A stretch of DNA of 36,596 bases from Bosea sp. (in: a-proteobacteria) (lineage in GTDB: Bacteria; Pseudomonadota; Alphaproteobacteria; Rhizobiales; Beijerinckiaceae), in NCBI GenBank assembly GCA_051648385.1, contig JBOFFB010000279.1, forward strand, positions 1 through 36,596. Direction: 5' to 3'. Every line of letters starts with the position of its first letter. The first letter of the stretch is position 1. Of this stretch, positions 35,854-36,596 are shown one piece after another. Below the pieces are notes generated by a model. That model made no database searches and had not been told where the DNA came from. It saw only the letters and a program-made list of their open reading frames with translations. Both the position numbers and the translations under genes were made by a program.

Positions 35854-36596
35854 ATGCTGGCGCGCGCCCCAACCATCCTCGTCTTCGATTCCGGCCTCGG
35901 CGGTCTCACGGTGTTTGACCACATCGTGAAGGCCCGCCCCGACGCGCGCTTCGTCTATATCGCTGACGATGCCGCCTTCCCCTACGGTGCCTGGCCCGAG
36001 GCTGGGCTTGTGGCGCGCATCACCGGCCTGATGGACGAATTGATCGCGGCTCATCAGCCCGATTGCGTCGTCGTCGCCTGCAATACCGCCTCCACCCTTG
36101 CCTTGCCCGCCTTGCGCGCCCGTTTCTCAGTTCCTTTTGTCGGCACGGTGCCTGCGATCAAGCCTGCCGCCGAGCAGTCGCAAACCCGCGTCTTCAGCGT
36201 GCTCGCCACGCCCGGCACTGTGGCGCGCGACTATACCCGCAACCTGATCGGCAGCTTCGCGGCTGACTGTGACGTGACGCTGGTGGGCTCGCCGCATCTG
36301 GCGGCGCTGGCCGAAAGCCACATGCGTGGTGAAGCAGTCAGCGACGAAGCGATCAGCGCCGAAATCGCTCCCTGCTTCGTTGTGCGCGACACGGGCCAGC
36401 AAGCGCGCCGTACCGACGTGATCACGCTGTCCTGCACGCACTACCCGCTCTTGCTGGCAAAGCTGCAAGCACTGGCACCTTGGCCGGTTAAGTGGATCGA
36501 CCCCGCCCCCGCCATCGCCCGGCGCGTGACGCACCTGCTCGGAGCCGCGCCTGCGGACAGCACCGAAGGTGATGCCGCGATCGGCTTCACCGCAGG
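35854..36596 (+). CDS. murI: Glutamate racemase, 3'-truncated by the window edge (absent from the ORF track)
   Basis: Translated by hand: ILVFDSGLGGLTV, FPYG, ACNTAS, GTVPAIKPA, LATPGT, LSCTHYP. An upstream in-frame GTG start near 35797 is possible. Confidence 0.92.
   Translation, partial: MLARAPTILVFDSGLGGLTVFDHIVKARPDARFVYIADDAAFPYGAWPEAGLVARITGLMDELIAAHQPDCVVVACNTASTLALPALRARFSVPFVGTVPAIKPAAEQSQTRVFSVLATPGTVARDYTRNLIGSFAADCDVTLVGSPHLAALAESHMRGEAVSDEAISAEIAPCFVVRDTGQQARRTDVITLSCTHYPLLLAKLQALAPWPVKWIDPAPAIARRVTHLLGAAPADSTEGDAAIGFTA

Overview
GC-rich alphaproteobacterial (Hyphomicrobiales-like) chromosomal segment. The left part runs from the 3' end of an aas-like gene and a tRNA-Leu(TAA) into a ~23-kb block of mostly phosphorus-scavenging genes. 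That block holds a C-P lyase operon (phnC, three tandem phnD, two phnE, phnGHIJKL, a hexapeptide acetyltransferase, phnM, phnN, DUF1045; no phnF, phnO or phnP). It also holds a plcP-agt-type lipid-remodelling pair with a divergent PmtA-like methyltransferase, a TPP-riboswitch thiM-thiE unit, and a ugp-like ABC transporter with a metallophosphoesterase. Pho-box-like 11-bp-period sites precede each phosphorus module. The right part has a TakP-type TRAP transporter, an FAD monooxygenase, a zf-CHCC protein, a ~250-bp MITE-like element (perfect TIRs, flanking direct repeat, internal 126-bp duplication), radC, a map gene with an AT-shifted divergent core, an FkbM methyltransferase, sfsA, a cinA-like gene, a flavin amine oxidase and a truncated murI. 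All calls come from reading motifs by eye; no database search was run.
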